From the NCBI GenBank assembly GCA_043228905.1, contig JBHGNT010000009.1, positions 11,284,001-11,348,000 of the forward strand: a DNA stretch of 64,000 bases, read 5' to 3'. Within the stretch, counting starts at the first letter, position 1, and each line of letters opens with the position of its first letter. Source of the DNA: Azolla caroliniana (taxonomy: Eukaryota > Plantae > Polypodiophyta). This document shows positions 49,201-60,338 of the stretch, piece after piece. Position numbers and translations under genes: made by a program. The notes under the pieces are model-generated. The model was not told the DNA's origin. It did no database searches and saw only the letters and a list, made by a program, of their open reading frames with translations.

Positions 49201-51596
49201 CCGATCTTTGGTGCGAATCGGATAAGCCCACACCTTTCGAGTCGAATCGTCAATAAAAGTGACGAAGTAAGAGGCACCGCCGAGAGACTGATGCGGCATT
49301 GGGCCACAGACGTCCGAGTGGACTAAGTCGAGAGGTCTCGTGTCTCTTGGTGCTGATGTCGGGTGTGATGCGGCTGCTTGTTTGCCATACTGGCAATGCT
49401 CGCAGAATTGATGGTCCGAGAAGGAGAGTTTGGGGATGTATCCGGCTCTAGATAGATGCGTAATGCCGGCCTTGCTGAGGTGTCCTAATCTTCTGTGCCA
49501 TAGTGATGACACAGGAATATCCACCAAAAACAGGTTACCCTCTCTGAGCGTAACATGTAACGGATACAGTGAGTGTATCTTGGGTCCTCTGGCAAGCAGG
49601 AGGTTCCCCCTGTGGAGTGTCCACCCTCCCGAAGAAAAACCGGCACGAATGCCGTCTTCATCTAGTTGTCCGACTGAGATCAATGGCCTTGAGAGCTCGG
49701 GTACATGTCGGACATTGTGAAGTACAAGTGTAGAGCCACCTGCAAGGTTGAGCTCTACTGTGCCGATTCCAATGATGTCACAGTGTTGCGAGTTGCCGAC
49801 TCGAACTGAGTCGGAGTGACGGATCGTATATTGCCGAAATTGGGATCGATGAGGAGTCACGTGAAATGACGCGCCCGAATCTAAGAGCCATGTGCTCGAT
49901 TCTTCAGTCGTGAGTAGAACTTCTGATCCGACTGGATTTTCGATTGATAGTATATTCGGGTCGTCTGGTAGCACATCAGCTGAGAAGCTGACGTAATTGA
50001 TCTCCTCATGCCGGCCACTCTTCTTGTCTGGTCTCTGAGACTTGTCGTTCTTGTTCTTGAGTGCGCGGCAATCGGCTTTGATGTGTCCGGGTTTCTTGCA
50101 ATAGTTGCAGATTCGGTTATCCCGTGACTGGCTCCGTCTTCGCTGATTGTTCGGCGGTCGTGAGGAATCTCTTCCTCGTATGTTCGATCGGTCTGTCGAA
50201 CCTTGTACTACGTAAGCGTCTTCTGTTGAGTCTTTGGCGAAAGACTTTCTCCGAGCTGCTTCGGTCAGGATTGCGCTCGTGACTTCGGAGTATTTGACAG
50301 CCGTGGTTGACGCGTTGCACACGGTTGTGACGAAAGTTTCCCATGATGATGGAAGGCTGCTCATGAGTATCATTGCTCTGAGTTCATCCTCGATTGCCGT
50401 CCCCTGAGATGAGATTTGGGAGCTTATGCTTTCGTACTCATTGAGATGTGCTTGAACCGAATCGGATTCTTTCATCCGCAAGTTGTAGAGGCGCCGGATC
50501 AGAAACATCTTCGTTGCGGCGACCTTCTTTTCGTAAGTGTCCGACAGTGTTTTCCACAGTTCGAATGCTGTCGTACACGATTGCACCGTAAAATATACCG
50601 ATTCCGATAGGTGCATCCGAATCGTGGCGCGGACGATTCTGTCCAGCTTCTGCCACTCAATTGGTTTGTATCCTTCTGGAGGTTCTTCATTTTCGATGGG
50701 ATCGATTTGCCCCTTGACTATGAGATAGTCCTGCATTTGCTCCTTCCAGAAGTTAAAGTTCGATCCATCGAACTTTCGTAGACTCATTTCTGACGAGCCG
50801 GATGTTGATGCCATCAAATTCGGTTTCGGTTGACGAAGCTCGGTTCGGAGTTGACTACGAACCTTGTTGGAGTGCAGCCGGTTGGCTCACCCGATATCGT
50901 TCTAGTCGGATTTGAACCCGAGTCGGTTCGGCTTCGGATATAAGTACTGTTGAACTTGCTCGAATTGACTCCGGTAGCTTGAGGGACAGAACCGACTGGT
51001 CTTCCCGAATGTTGCCGAGTCGGAGTGAGCCCGGTTCGCTTCGGATATATAAGCCGAATACCGATTATTGAAACCGATTATCTGGACCGATTCTGCTTCG
51101 GTTGACTGCAGCAACGAGAGAGAGACGGATCCAACTGATCCTCCCGAATGTCGATTAGCCAGATGAAGCACGAATTTGGGTTGTTGTCTTGAGACCGATC
51201 TGCACCGAGTGGTTACAATGAGCGGCGAGCAGCGTTTGATGACCTCTTCGGATGCCGTTTAACCGAATGAAGCACGATCGTGTCAATGATGCACAAGGGG
51301 ATTTCACCTCGAGCGGTTACGATCACAAGGAACAGAGTACAACCTACTGGCTTACTCCAAGCGAAGATGATCTAACGCGATGAGATGCAAGCCTCGTTTT
51401 TCTTCTTCTTCTCTCTTCTTCGAATGGCGCAGGAAACCGAATGCTGTGCAGGCTGAGACAACGGCCGACAGCGGGATGAAGGACCGAATACTGTGCAGGC
51501 TCTGATACCAGATGTTGGGGACAAAATCGTCTATGCGGAAGATCAAGAAGCATTCGATTCTGTTCTGTACCTGCGTATGACAGTCTCTTGTTCATT

Positions 51597-51638
<42 letters not shown>

Positions 51639-51809
51639 AAAAAACTCTTTATTCCAAATAGACAAGAATAATACAACACCCAACCTTACAAAAAGGTTAC
51701 AAGGTCACTATATATAGTGACCGACTTAGGGCAACTACCCTTTATGCTAATTACACAAATGGCCTAAAGGGATAGTGTGAATACGTCCATTATACACTTG
51801 TATTCGACA
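46294..51809 (-). mobile_element. Ty1/copia retrotransposon E (Tnt1-like), complete and young
   Basis: 297-bp LTRs 46294-46590 and 51513-51809 differ at only a few sites; perfect TSD CCACC; PBS TGGTATCAGAGC 51499-51510; PPT GGGGGAG next to the 3' LTR. Confidence 0.97.
46783..50817 (-). pseudogene. Copia E gag-pol polyprotein, single frame (1345 codons) with three in-frame stops (48670, 48298, 47272)
   Basis: CNYCKKPGHIKADC knuckle, WLLDSGAS, HSDVCGP/TDNGGEF, YVDDML, GYTDSDF and SKHIDVRYHF; all ORF pieces share one frame. Confidence 0.95.
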
Positions 51810-54024
51810 CCACCTTCCCGTTAGCCTCCGGATTGTACGCTGTGGTGAGCGAGAGTTTAATCCCTAGCAGGTCAAACAACTCTTCCGCCTCTTGCGCGTC
51901 CAATTCTCCGCGATCAGCCACGATCTTACCTACGCACCTGTACTGGCATACCACTTCTTCGATCAGAAATCGGCACACGGCCGCGATCATTTTATTTTGC
52001 AACGCTCGGCCTTCCACCTGGTTCGTCAGGTCCTCCCGAGCCAGCACCAGATACCACATCTGCCCTACCCCCATCGGCATCGTCACCAGATCCACCATCC
52101 ACTTGATGTCGGACTATGCAGTGCACTTGACAGTTTTCGCAAGTCTTCACAAACCGATGCACGTCCCGGTATAGTCCCAGCCACCTGTACTTCCCCTTTA
52201 GCTTCTCGAATGTGACCCACGTCCCGCGGTGTCCGGCCCAGGGACTCTCATGGTACACCGTCAGCAATTCTTCCTGTTCCTCTTTCTTCGCCACCACTCG
52301 GAGCAAGATGTCGTTTCTCTGCTTCGGGTGCTTCCATATGCTCCCATCCTGTAGGAAGAATTGGTACGCTTTCTTCCGAATCCGGTTGGTCTCTTCCTTC
52401 GTCCACGCCGCGTCCGGTGTCATTGTCTTTAGGAACCCGCCGATCTGGAGCCACTCCCCGTCGTACTTGCTCTCGTCGAATTCGTTAAGTGCCGGAGTGC
52501 TCCCCTTTCTTGTTGCTATGTTAGCTGACCCGAAGAAGTCCTCACCGACTTCTTCATTATTCGAAACCATGCCGTCCTCGTTGTTGAACCGCGCCCTTGA
52601 AAGCATATCGGCCATGGCGTGATCTAGACATGTGTAGTATCTCCGGGTTCAGGGACTTGATGTACGCGATCCACCTGAGCATCGCCAGGTACGGAGTTGC
52701 GCATCCGGAAACCATACCCAGAATTGGTAGGCAGTCCGTCTCGATGATCACTTTCGTCCTAATCAGATAGTCCTTGTCGGCCTTGACTACCGAAATGATA
52801 CCCCATAGCTCGCGCTTGATTTGGGCGTATCCTCGCTGCCGCTCGCTCAATACCTTTGCCCCGAACTGGATCGGGAACCGTACACCTTCTTTGTCTTCCT
52901 GATTGATCATCCAGCATCATGTAAATGGGGACTTCCTTGCCGGGAACCGCTTTCCAAAGAGCCGGTGCCACGGAGAGCGCCTCCTTCAGTCTCTGGACCA
53001 ACTCCGTGTGCTCGTCTCTCCACTCAAATTTACTCCCTTTCTTCACCAACCCGTAAAGCAGTTCCGCAACATGCGCGTAGTGCAGAATCCAGATGTGATA
53101 GAACGCACATGCCCCTAGGATCCTTCGGACCTCCGTGACTCGTCCGTGGCCTCCACCAGACATCCTTTGATCAGGATGTCGTCCAGAAATGGCATGGTGA
53201 TGTCCGGGATGCAGTCCCTCAACACCTTGTTCATCGCATTCACCATGTGCGCCACCGAGGAGTTCCCCCTTACGGTAAGGTACACATCCGAACTAGGCCA
53301 AGAGGAGTCACCTTGTTGACCGGCTGCAGGTCCTGTATGAAGCGCAGTGTGCCGTTCTTCTTTGGCATTGTAAACCACCGATTCAAATATGGGGCACTCG
53401 ATGGTTCGAGGATGCCCATTTCCACCTTCAGTTTCAACAGCTCCATCAACTTCGGGATGTGAGCTCTGCGGTACCATGAAGATCACCATTGGTTCCACAA
53501 TCGTCGGGTCTACGCACCCGATCTCCTCCGGTGAGAATGCGAAATCCTTCCCTTGCCTCCCGAGCATTCTCCGAAACCAGTCCTCTTCCACCGGCAGTAG
53601 AAAGCCAACCCCACCGATCTTGAGCTCCTGTAGCGTTATGTCGGGGAACGTGTGTCCTATGTTGGCCGTATCTCATAAACTTGGTTCCGACGCGACCCCC
53701 TTTATCCGTAAACTTGGGTCTGACTCGAGTCCATTGCCGAAGTCGGCGATGACTTCATACATCTTTTCCGAACATACCGGAATCGTTTGGTCCTCATTAA
53801 GGCCTTCTTTAAACACCTCCCGTAACTTCACTAAGGTGTCATCGAAAGAGACCGCCTCCACGGCTCCATTGATTTCCTCTTCAAGGCCGAGGACTCCGCA
53901 TGGCCGAAGTCGCTTCTCCGCCCGCTTCTTTTCCCAGCCAATTACGCCGGCTATCGTACAACCTCCACTATCGGGGAACCAAAATTTCCTACGTATGGTA
54001 CAAGTCTTTTTGCTTATAGTACAT

Positions 54025-54092
54025 ATGTGGGGTTTTTCCGGGGTGTCCGGACTATCGTGGCCCCACACCTTGATAGCCCTCTCTAAAAATCC
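54025..54092 (-). promoter_or_regulatory. Predicted -1 ribosomal frameshift signal (G GAT TTT TAG + 6-nt spacer + H-type pseudoknot) between Gag-protease and RT
   Basis: The protease frame ends …NRGDF*; the -1 frame runs into ORF 53673-54068. Stems GGGCTATC/GATAGTCC and GTGTGGGG/CCCCACAT. Confidence 0.75.
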
Positions 54093-56204
54093 CCTCGGTT
54101 TTTGCCACCGAGGGTCTCGCGGTTACGCTCATGGTTCGGTCGCACCGTCAGAAATTGGACCGAGTGACGCCCATCTTGGCTCTGGACTCGTACATATGCC
54201 GAACCGTTGTCCAACACCTTTGTCTCCATCCGTGCTGCCGTGATGTACGGTTCCCCGAGTATAACCGGATGCGAGGACGTCTCCTACATGAAGAAGTGTT
54301 GGTCGATCTCGACATCGCCGATTTTCACTCGTACATTCGGGGAGGCTCCATGCAACTCTTCCATGGTGCGTGTTGTTGCCTGTATTTTCCACCCGTGCTT
54401 GGTGTTGATCGGCCACTTCCCCTTCTTGTAGAAGTCCATGGACATCAAGTTGATTTCTGAACCGTGGTCCACCAACGCCACCACTGGCTCCTGGACGTCC
54501 CCAATCCGAATAGGGGTTTTTGTAGTGGCCCTAACCCAATGTAGCCTGAAGTAGTGGCTTTCTGCCAATTCGTCCTCCAGGGCTATGTCTTCTAGGTGCG
54601 TCGTTCACACCTCCACCGGCTTCTCCGGCTCCGGCTCCGTCGAAAGCCTTTTTCGCTTCACCAATTCTACGATGGAGTCGTGAAACTCCTTGGCAATACC
54701 GAGCACTTCCCTCAGTGACAGCTCCACTTTGCTGTCGAGGATCCGTTCCTCTAGGACCTTTCATAGGTCTGTGGTTCTTTCGATCTTTGTGCCGAACCGA
54801 TAACCCGCCTTCTTGGCTTTGTTCGGTGCGCCAGATGCACCGACATCATTCTACTTCGGCCCGAACCGTGTCTCATACCGTTGTGAGGGTCCGGCCCCCC
54901 CGGTCTTTCCCGCACGCTTATCTTCCACCAGAACCTCGTAGTTCTAGTACGCGGTTTCTACGGAGCCCGTCTTCTCTTCGATCGGGTCACTCCACCCAGT
55001 TACTTCCTAGACCCGTCTTTCCGCGCTATCCACTTCCTCTTTCCTCAATCGTATGCCGGCGAGGCCTTCCAGCATCAACGGTCAGAATCCGTCTTCCAGA
55101 CTTCATCACTTCCGACCCGGATTCCAGCCGACGCCGAGTAGTGGACAGTCTCCACGTGGCGAGCCGCTGCTTCTTCCATCAGCCGTTTCACACCCCCTTG
55201 TCCGACATTCAGATCCAAGGCCCTTCGGGTCTCGCTAGCGTGCACCTGACCGTTCCATAGGTATACCACGTTAGCTCTTATCTCTTCGGCGAAGTCCCCA
55301 CAGTCCTTTCGGGCGTGGTTGACCGCGTCGCACAACAAGCACCGGTTCCCAGCCGGAGGCCTTCGGTCACGGACTTGTTCGCCGCCGTCCCTCCGTGCTT
55401 GTTCAATCTGGAGGTCCCTCACCATCTAAGTTAGCTCTTCCAGAGCCCCTCCTCCGGACGAGCCTTTGACCATGTTGGTCAAAGTCGAGCCGGTCTCGAA
55501 CCAGTCTCGGATCTCTTCCCTTCGCGCCAGTGGGGGTACCTCGACCTTCCTTGTCGCAACAGAACCCGCCCCCGTCAAGTCTTTATCGACCCACTCACGC
55601 CGTTTGTCAAAACAATCGCAGACTCTCTTTACCACGGCCCAGTCAGTTGTTAGGCCATCATCGGTCTCCAGTAGGAAGCCCACTTGCTCCCGGTCTCTTA
55701 CGTCCACCGATTTAACGAACAATAGGACACGACTTGTGTCCAACACAGTCCGGTCCAGCACCGAAAGATGTGTGAAGCATTCTTCAAACTCCCGAAGGAG
55801 AACCGACGCGTTTCTCCCCTTTTCGGAGGTCTCTACCCATTCCATGAAGTCCCGTTTCGATAGCCGAAGAGGGTCATCAAGCCCGTATTTTTCAAGGAGC
55901 CGACCTTCAAACTTTTCCCAGGTTCGACTCTCAACCCGTACCTCAGGACCTCCGCGTGGATGCCCGTGGGAATCCAGCCAGTCGCCTGTCCTCCGGGATG
56001 TCCCTCATCACCATTTCGGCTCTGTAGGCCTCCAAATAGCTCGTGGCGTCCTTCCCACCGAACCGGCCTATCGTGCCGATGACTGCTTCAATAGCCCTAT
56101 CGAGGGCGCCTGTGCCTTCGTGCGCACTCACTATCCGATCCACAGCCGAAACCATGGCTTCTCCAAGATCCGACCCTTTCATCTTTCTATTCCTCTGCCG
56201 CTTG

Positions 56205-56222
56205 TTCACGTCGAGATCACCA
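56205..56222 (-). promoter_or_regulatory. Primer-binding site, probably tRNA-Trp
   Basis: TGGTGATCTCGACGTGAA 4 nt inside the 5' LTR; resembles the complement of the plant tRNA-Trp 3' end (…TTCACGTCGGGTTCACCA, from memory) with two differences. Confidence 0.65.
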
Positions 56223-57343
56223 AATATGTCGCGTTGTTACGTCGCCTTGGACCGAGAAATAACCGAATGAGAAGAGGGGAAGGAAACCACCGACGTACTT
56301 CACACGGGCTTAGACACACGGATTCATAGGAGTTGCAAATAACTCTAAACAATGGAGTTACAACCGGCAAGCCGGCGAGTTATAGGCTCTAACGCCTGCA
56401 CACACGCACACGCACAGAACGCAAGATGGAGACTCTACCGGTAGCACTTGGGCATTCCGCGGAGCAGAGTCAGCCTCCCGAAAACCTGCACAGAACGACT
56501 ATGGAGATGACAGAGGAGAAGAGCTTGGTTCCAGTCCGGCAGCACTTCGTCCTCCACAAAACGCGATCTCTTTACAATACCTCTCCCTCTCTTTTATAGC
56601 CCAAGGAGGGAGGCCGTTACCACCCGTTACATCATGTTTAGTCCCTGTTATTTCGGACAGGGATACGCCTCGATTTTTTCTCCCTAATGAATGTGTGCTA
56701 CCTAGGATTTCACCTCAACCGGCTTGTACCTATCTACTTACTATACAACAAAACTTGTGCCCACGTGTAAGGGCCGGTTTACGCACGTTATACCCGGTTT
56801 CCGCCTAGGGACAGTTTTCTCCAGGACGCCGGCCAGTTCCATTTTGATTACCCGCAGGTTCCGGTTTGCTTACCGACTAGTTCTGGTTTGTTTACCGGGC
56901 GGTTTCGATTTGATTACCGGCTTGTTCCAGTTCCATTATTGGCCAACTCCGGTTCCATTACCGGTCGGTTCCATTTCATTGCCAAACGGTTTTTGGGAAC
57001 TTGGCCACATTCATCCATCTAGACAAAGTGGCCAAAGTGCTCTTAGCACAAATGAAAAATGAGAGATTTCAATGTGCTTATATAGCCAAGGCCTTAAGTT
57101 TCCTATTTATGTGGGGTAAATCATAGTTCTATTTTCCCTATCTTCTCAAACTTCATGTTCTCATAACCTGATATGTGGTTGTCCATTTTGTATGTACTAA
57201 AACGCGTTTTGAAGCTATTGAGTACATCCATCTTTCTATAACAGGCTAGTAATATAAGCTAAAATAATTTTTTGATTATTTTTTTACATAGTGTGTGAAG
57301 ATTCACACGTCATTCACCCCCACCAAACCTGCATATCCACCAA

Positions 57344-60338
57344 TGTCGTGTTGTTACGCTCTCGCGTGTGGAATGAGGTGGGACCATGGGGGCCTGAACC
57401 AAGGAGCGTGAGAAAGAAGAGGGAGAGTGATTCATAGAAATACAGGGAGAGAGAGGGGAACAAAAGATTCGATTACAATGTCAACAACGACTACAACCGG
57501 CAAACCGGCAACAGACCCAAAATGGAGGTCACACACATACACACACACGGACGACACAGAGAATGCATAGTGGAGCCTCTACTGGAAGCACACGGGCTTA
57601 CACGCAGCAGAGGTAACCGACACAGAAATGTAGTGGAGAGCAATTGTTGAGGAGGATAGAGCTCGGTCCCCAGTTCGACAGCACTTCGTCCTCGCCAAAA
57701 TGCAATATTATTTTCTTTTTCTCCCCTCCTTTTTATAGGTCGTCGAGGAGGCCATTACATGAAAACGCATCAACTTTATTCTTTGTCCTTTCGGATAGAG
57801 ATACGCATCGACTCCCTAGACAATTAACACCCTTCCTAGTACATATGTACATCAACCGATCTATTCCTAGCTATTTATAATTCATAAACACCCACACGCG
57901 AAAAGGGTTGGGTCACGCCTCCTCCCCTTGATTCCTCCTAGGGGTGGTTATGAATTATAAATAGCTAGGAATAGATCGGCTGATGTACATATGTACTAGG
58001 AAGGGTGTTAATTGTCTAGGGAGTCGATGCGTATCTCCCAGCAAACCGTACGTCCACCGGTACGTGCCAGGTAGGAATAACCTTGGCAAAAACCAACCCT
58101 AGTTCACTCATCGTTTTCCGAAGCCTCACCTTCCCCAATTCGAGCATCGCCGCCGCCATCGCTCACCAAGTCCGATTCATCCTCGTGTCGCTTCTTGAAC
58201 ATCTTGACCCTCTTGCCGGCTAACAATACCGCTATCTACGTCCCATTGAGCTCCGCGAGATGATACGTGCCCACGATTTTCCCAACGCATCTGTACCGGT
58301 ACACTAGCTCTTCGATCAGGAACCGGCACACCGCCGCAATCGTCTTGTTCATCAGTGCGTGGCCTTCCACTTGGTTCGTTAAATCCTCTTGTGCAAGCAC
58401 CTGATACCGCATCTGCCCTACTCCCATCGGCATTGTCACTAAGTCCACCATCCATTTGAAGTGGATGGTCGGCGGGTAGGTTGGGTGTAACTCGTCTTGA
58501 TGCCAGATTGCGGAGTGCATTTGACAATCCTCACATGTCATCATGAATTGGTACACATCCTGGTACAACCCCAACCACCAATACTTCTCTTTCAGTTTCT
58601 CGAACGTGGCCCAGGTCCCGCGGTGTCCAGCCCAAGGACTCTCGTGGTACGCCGTTAACAACTTTTCTTGCTCGTCCTTTCTCACCACTACGCAGAGTGG
58701 AACACCGCCTCGCTTCTTGGGGAGCCTCCATACGTTCCTGTCCCGTAAGAAGAACCGGTAAGCTTTCTTTTGGATCCGGTTAGCCTCTTCCTTTGTCCAC
58801 GCTGCGTCTGGTGTCATTGTCTTCAGGAACCTACCGATCTGGAGCCACTCCCCATCGTACTCGCCTTCGTGAAATTCGTTAAGCGCCGGAGGGCTCCTCT
58901 CCCTCGTGATGTATGCCGTCTCGAAGAAGTCTACGCCGACTTCCTCGTCTTCCAAAATCATGATGTCCTTGTCGTCGAACCGTGCTCTCGAAAGCATGTT
59001 GGCCATGGCATTGTCCGTCCTTCCCGGAGATGTGCCATATCTCCAGATTTAGGGACTTGATGTACGCGATCCACCTGAGAATTGCATCCGGAAATCATAC
59101 CGAGAATCGGTAGGCAGTCCGTCTCGATTATTACCTCTGTCCCTATAAGATAATCTGTGTCGGCCTTAACCGCCGAAACGATACCCCATAGTTCGCGCTT
59201 AACTGGGGTGTACCCTCATTGTCGCTCACTGAGGACCTTCGCCCCGAACCGGATCGAGAACCGCGCGCCGCACTCGTCCTCCTGATTGATCACCCATCCG
59301 ATCCCGGTCGGGCTTGTGTCAACCGTTATGTAGATGGGGATCTCCTTTCCATAAACCGCTTTCCTGAGAGCCGGTGTTGCGGTAAGCGCCTCCTTTAGTC
59401 TCCGGACCGACTCCGTATGCTCCTTGCCCAATTCAAATTTGCACCCCTTCTTCAGCAACCCATAAAGTGGTTCCGCGATGTGTGCGTAGTGCGGAATCCA
59501 GATGTGGTAGAATGCGCACGCACCTAGGAACCTTCGCACCTCCGTAACCGACTTGCACTCTTCCTTCATTACGGAGATGGCTTCTATCTTTGCTAGAGAC
59601 GGTTTCCGGTCGTAGGGCCCGCAAAGGTGACCGACCACTAGGATCTCCGATTGGCCGAACACCGATTTCACCTCGGAGAAGGTGAGCCGCGCGTCATTAA
59701 TGTGGTCTGCGATGAAGCTCCGGCGAGAATGCGAAGGCTTTCCCGTGCCTTCCGAGTATCCTCCGAAACCGGTCCTCCTCCACCGGCAGTAGAAACCCAC
59801 CCCCACCGACCTTGAGCTCCCGTAACGTTTTGTCGGTGAACCGGTGCCCTATGCCTACCGGTTTCCATAAACTTGGGTCCAACACGACCCCCTTTATCCG
59901 CTCTTCGCTGCCCTCCAGCAAAGGTGTCGCGACTGGCCTCACCTTCCGGTCCACGGTCTTGTACGTGGTATACACTCGGGTCGTCCGACCAGACCCAACC
60001 TTTTCCCCGAAGTCAGCGATGACTTCGTACATCTCCACTGAACTAACCAGCACTGCCCGGTCTTTACTAAGGCCTCCTTCGACAACCTCACGCAATTCCC
60101 CCAAGGTGTCATCGAAGGAGACCGCCTCCACGGCACCGCCAATCTCTTCACCAGGGCCGAGGACTCCATACGCCCTGAGTCTTTCTTCTGCTCGCTTCTT
60201 TTCCCGGCCACTGATGCCGGCTATAGTACAACCTCCGTTATCAGAGAACCAAAATTTCCTATCTATGGTACATGTGTGGTGTCCGGACTATCGCGCCCCA
60301 CGCCTTGATAACCCTCTCTAAAAATCCCCTCGGCCCTC
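57344..60338 (-). mobile_element. Second member of the 44893-56828 Ty3 family: 3' LTR (57344-~57947) and internally deleted INT/RNaseH/RT; interrupted at 60338
   Basis: LTR begins TGTCGTGTTGTTA like 44893/56227; ORFs 58236-59006, 59216-59806 and 59697-60131 are homologous to 51992-52615, 52759-53163 and 53673-54068. Confidence 0.88.
57798..58037. repeat. 90-bp inverted repeat (one mismatch) with 60-nt loop
   Basis: 57798-57887 is the reverse complement of 57948-58037. Confidence 0.93.

Larger units (their letters stand above)
44893..56828 (-). mobile_element. Ty3/gypsy retrotransposon with tRNA-Trp-like PBS, both LTRs present, internal deletions in RT/INT, hosts copia E
   Basis: LTRs 44893-45561 and 56227-56828; TSD (G)CCGG; PPT GGTGGGGGTGGA 45562-45573. 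Gag 54570-56209, PR (LVDHGSEINLM), RT remnant (PFLDD), RNaseH (YAQIKRELWG), INT (AREDLTNQVEGRAL…WADRTT…WFGPY). Confidence 0.9.

Noticed and set aside
53389-56329. Long plus-strand ORFs (284 aa, 287 aa) as antisense genes
   Set aside because: They are shadows of GC-rich minus-strand gag/pol with no recognisable domain.
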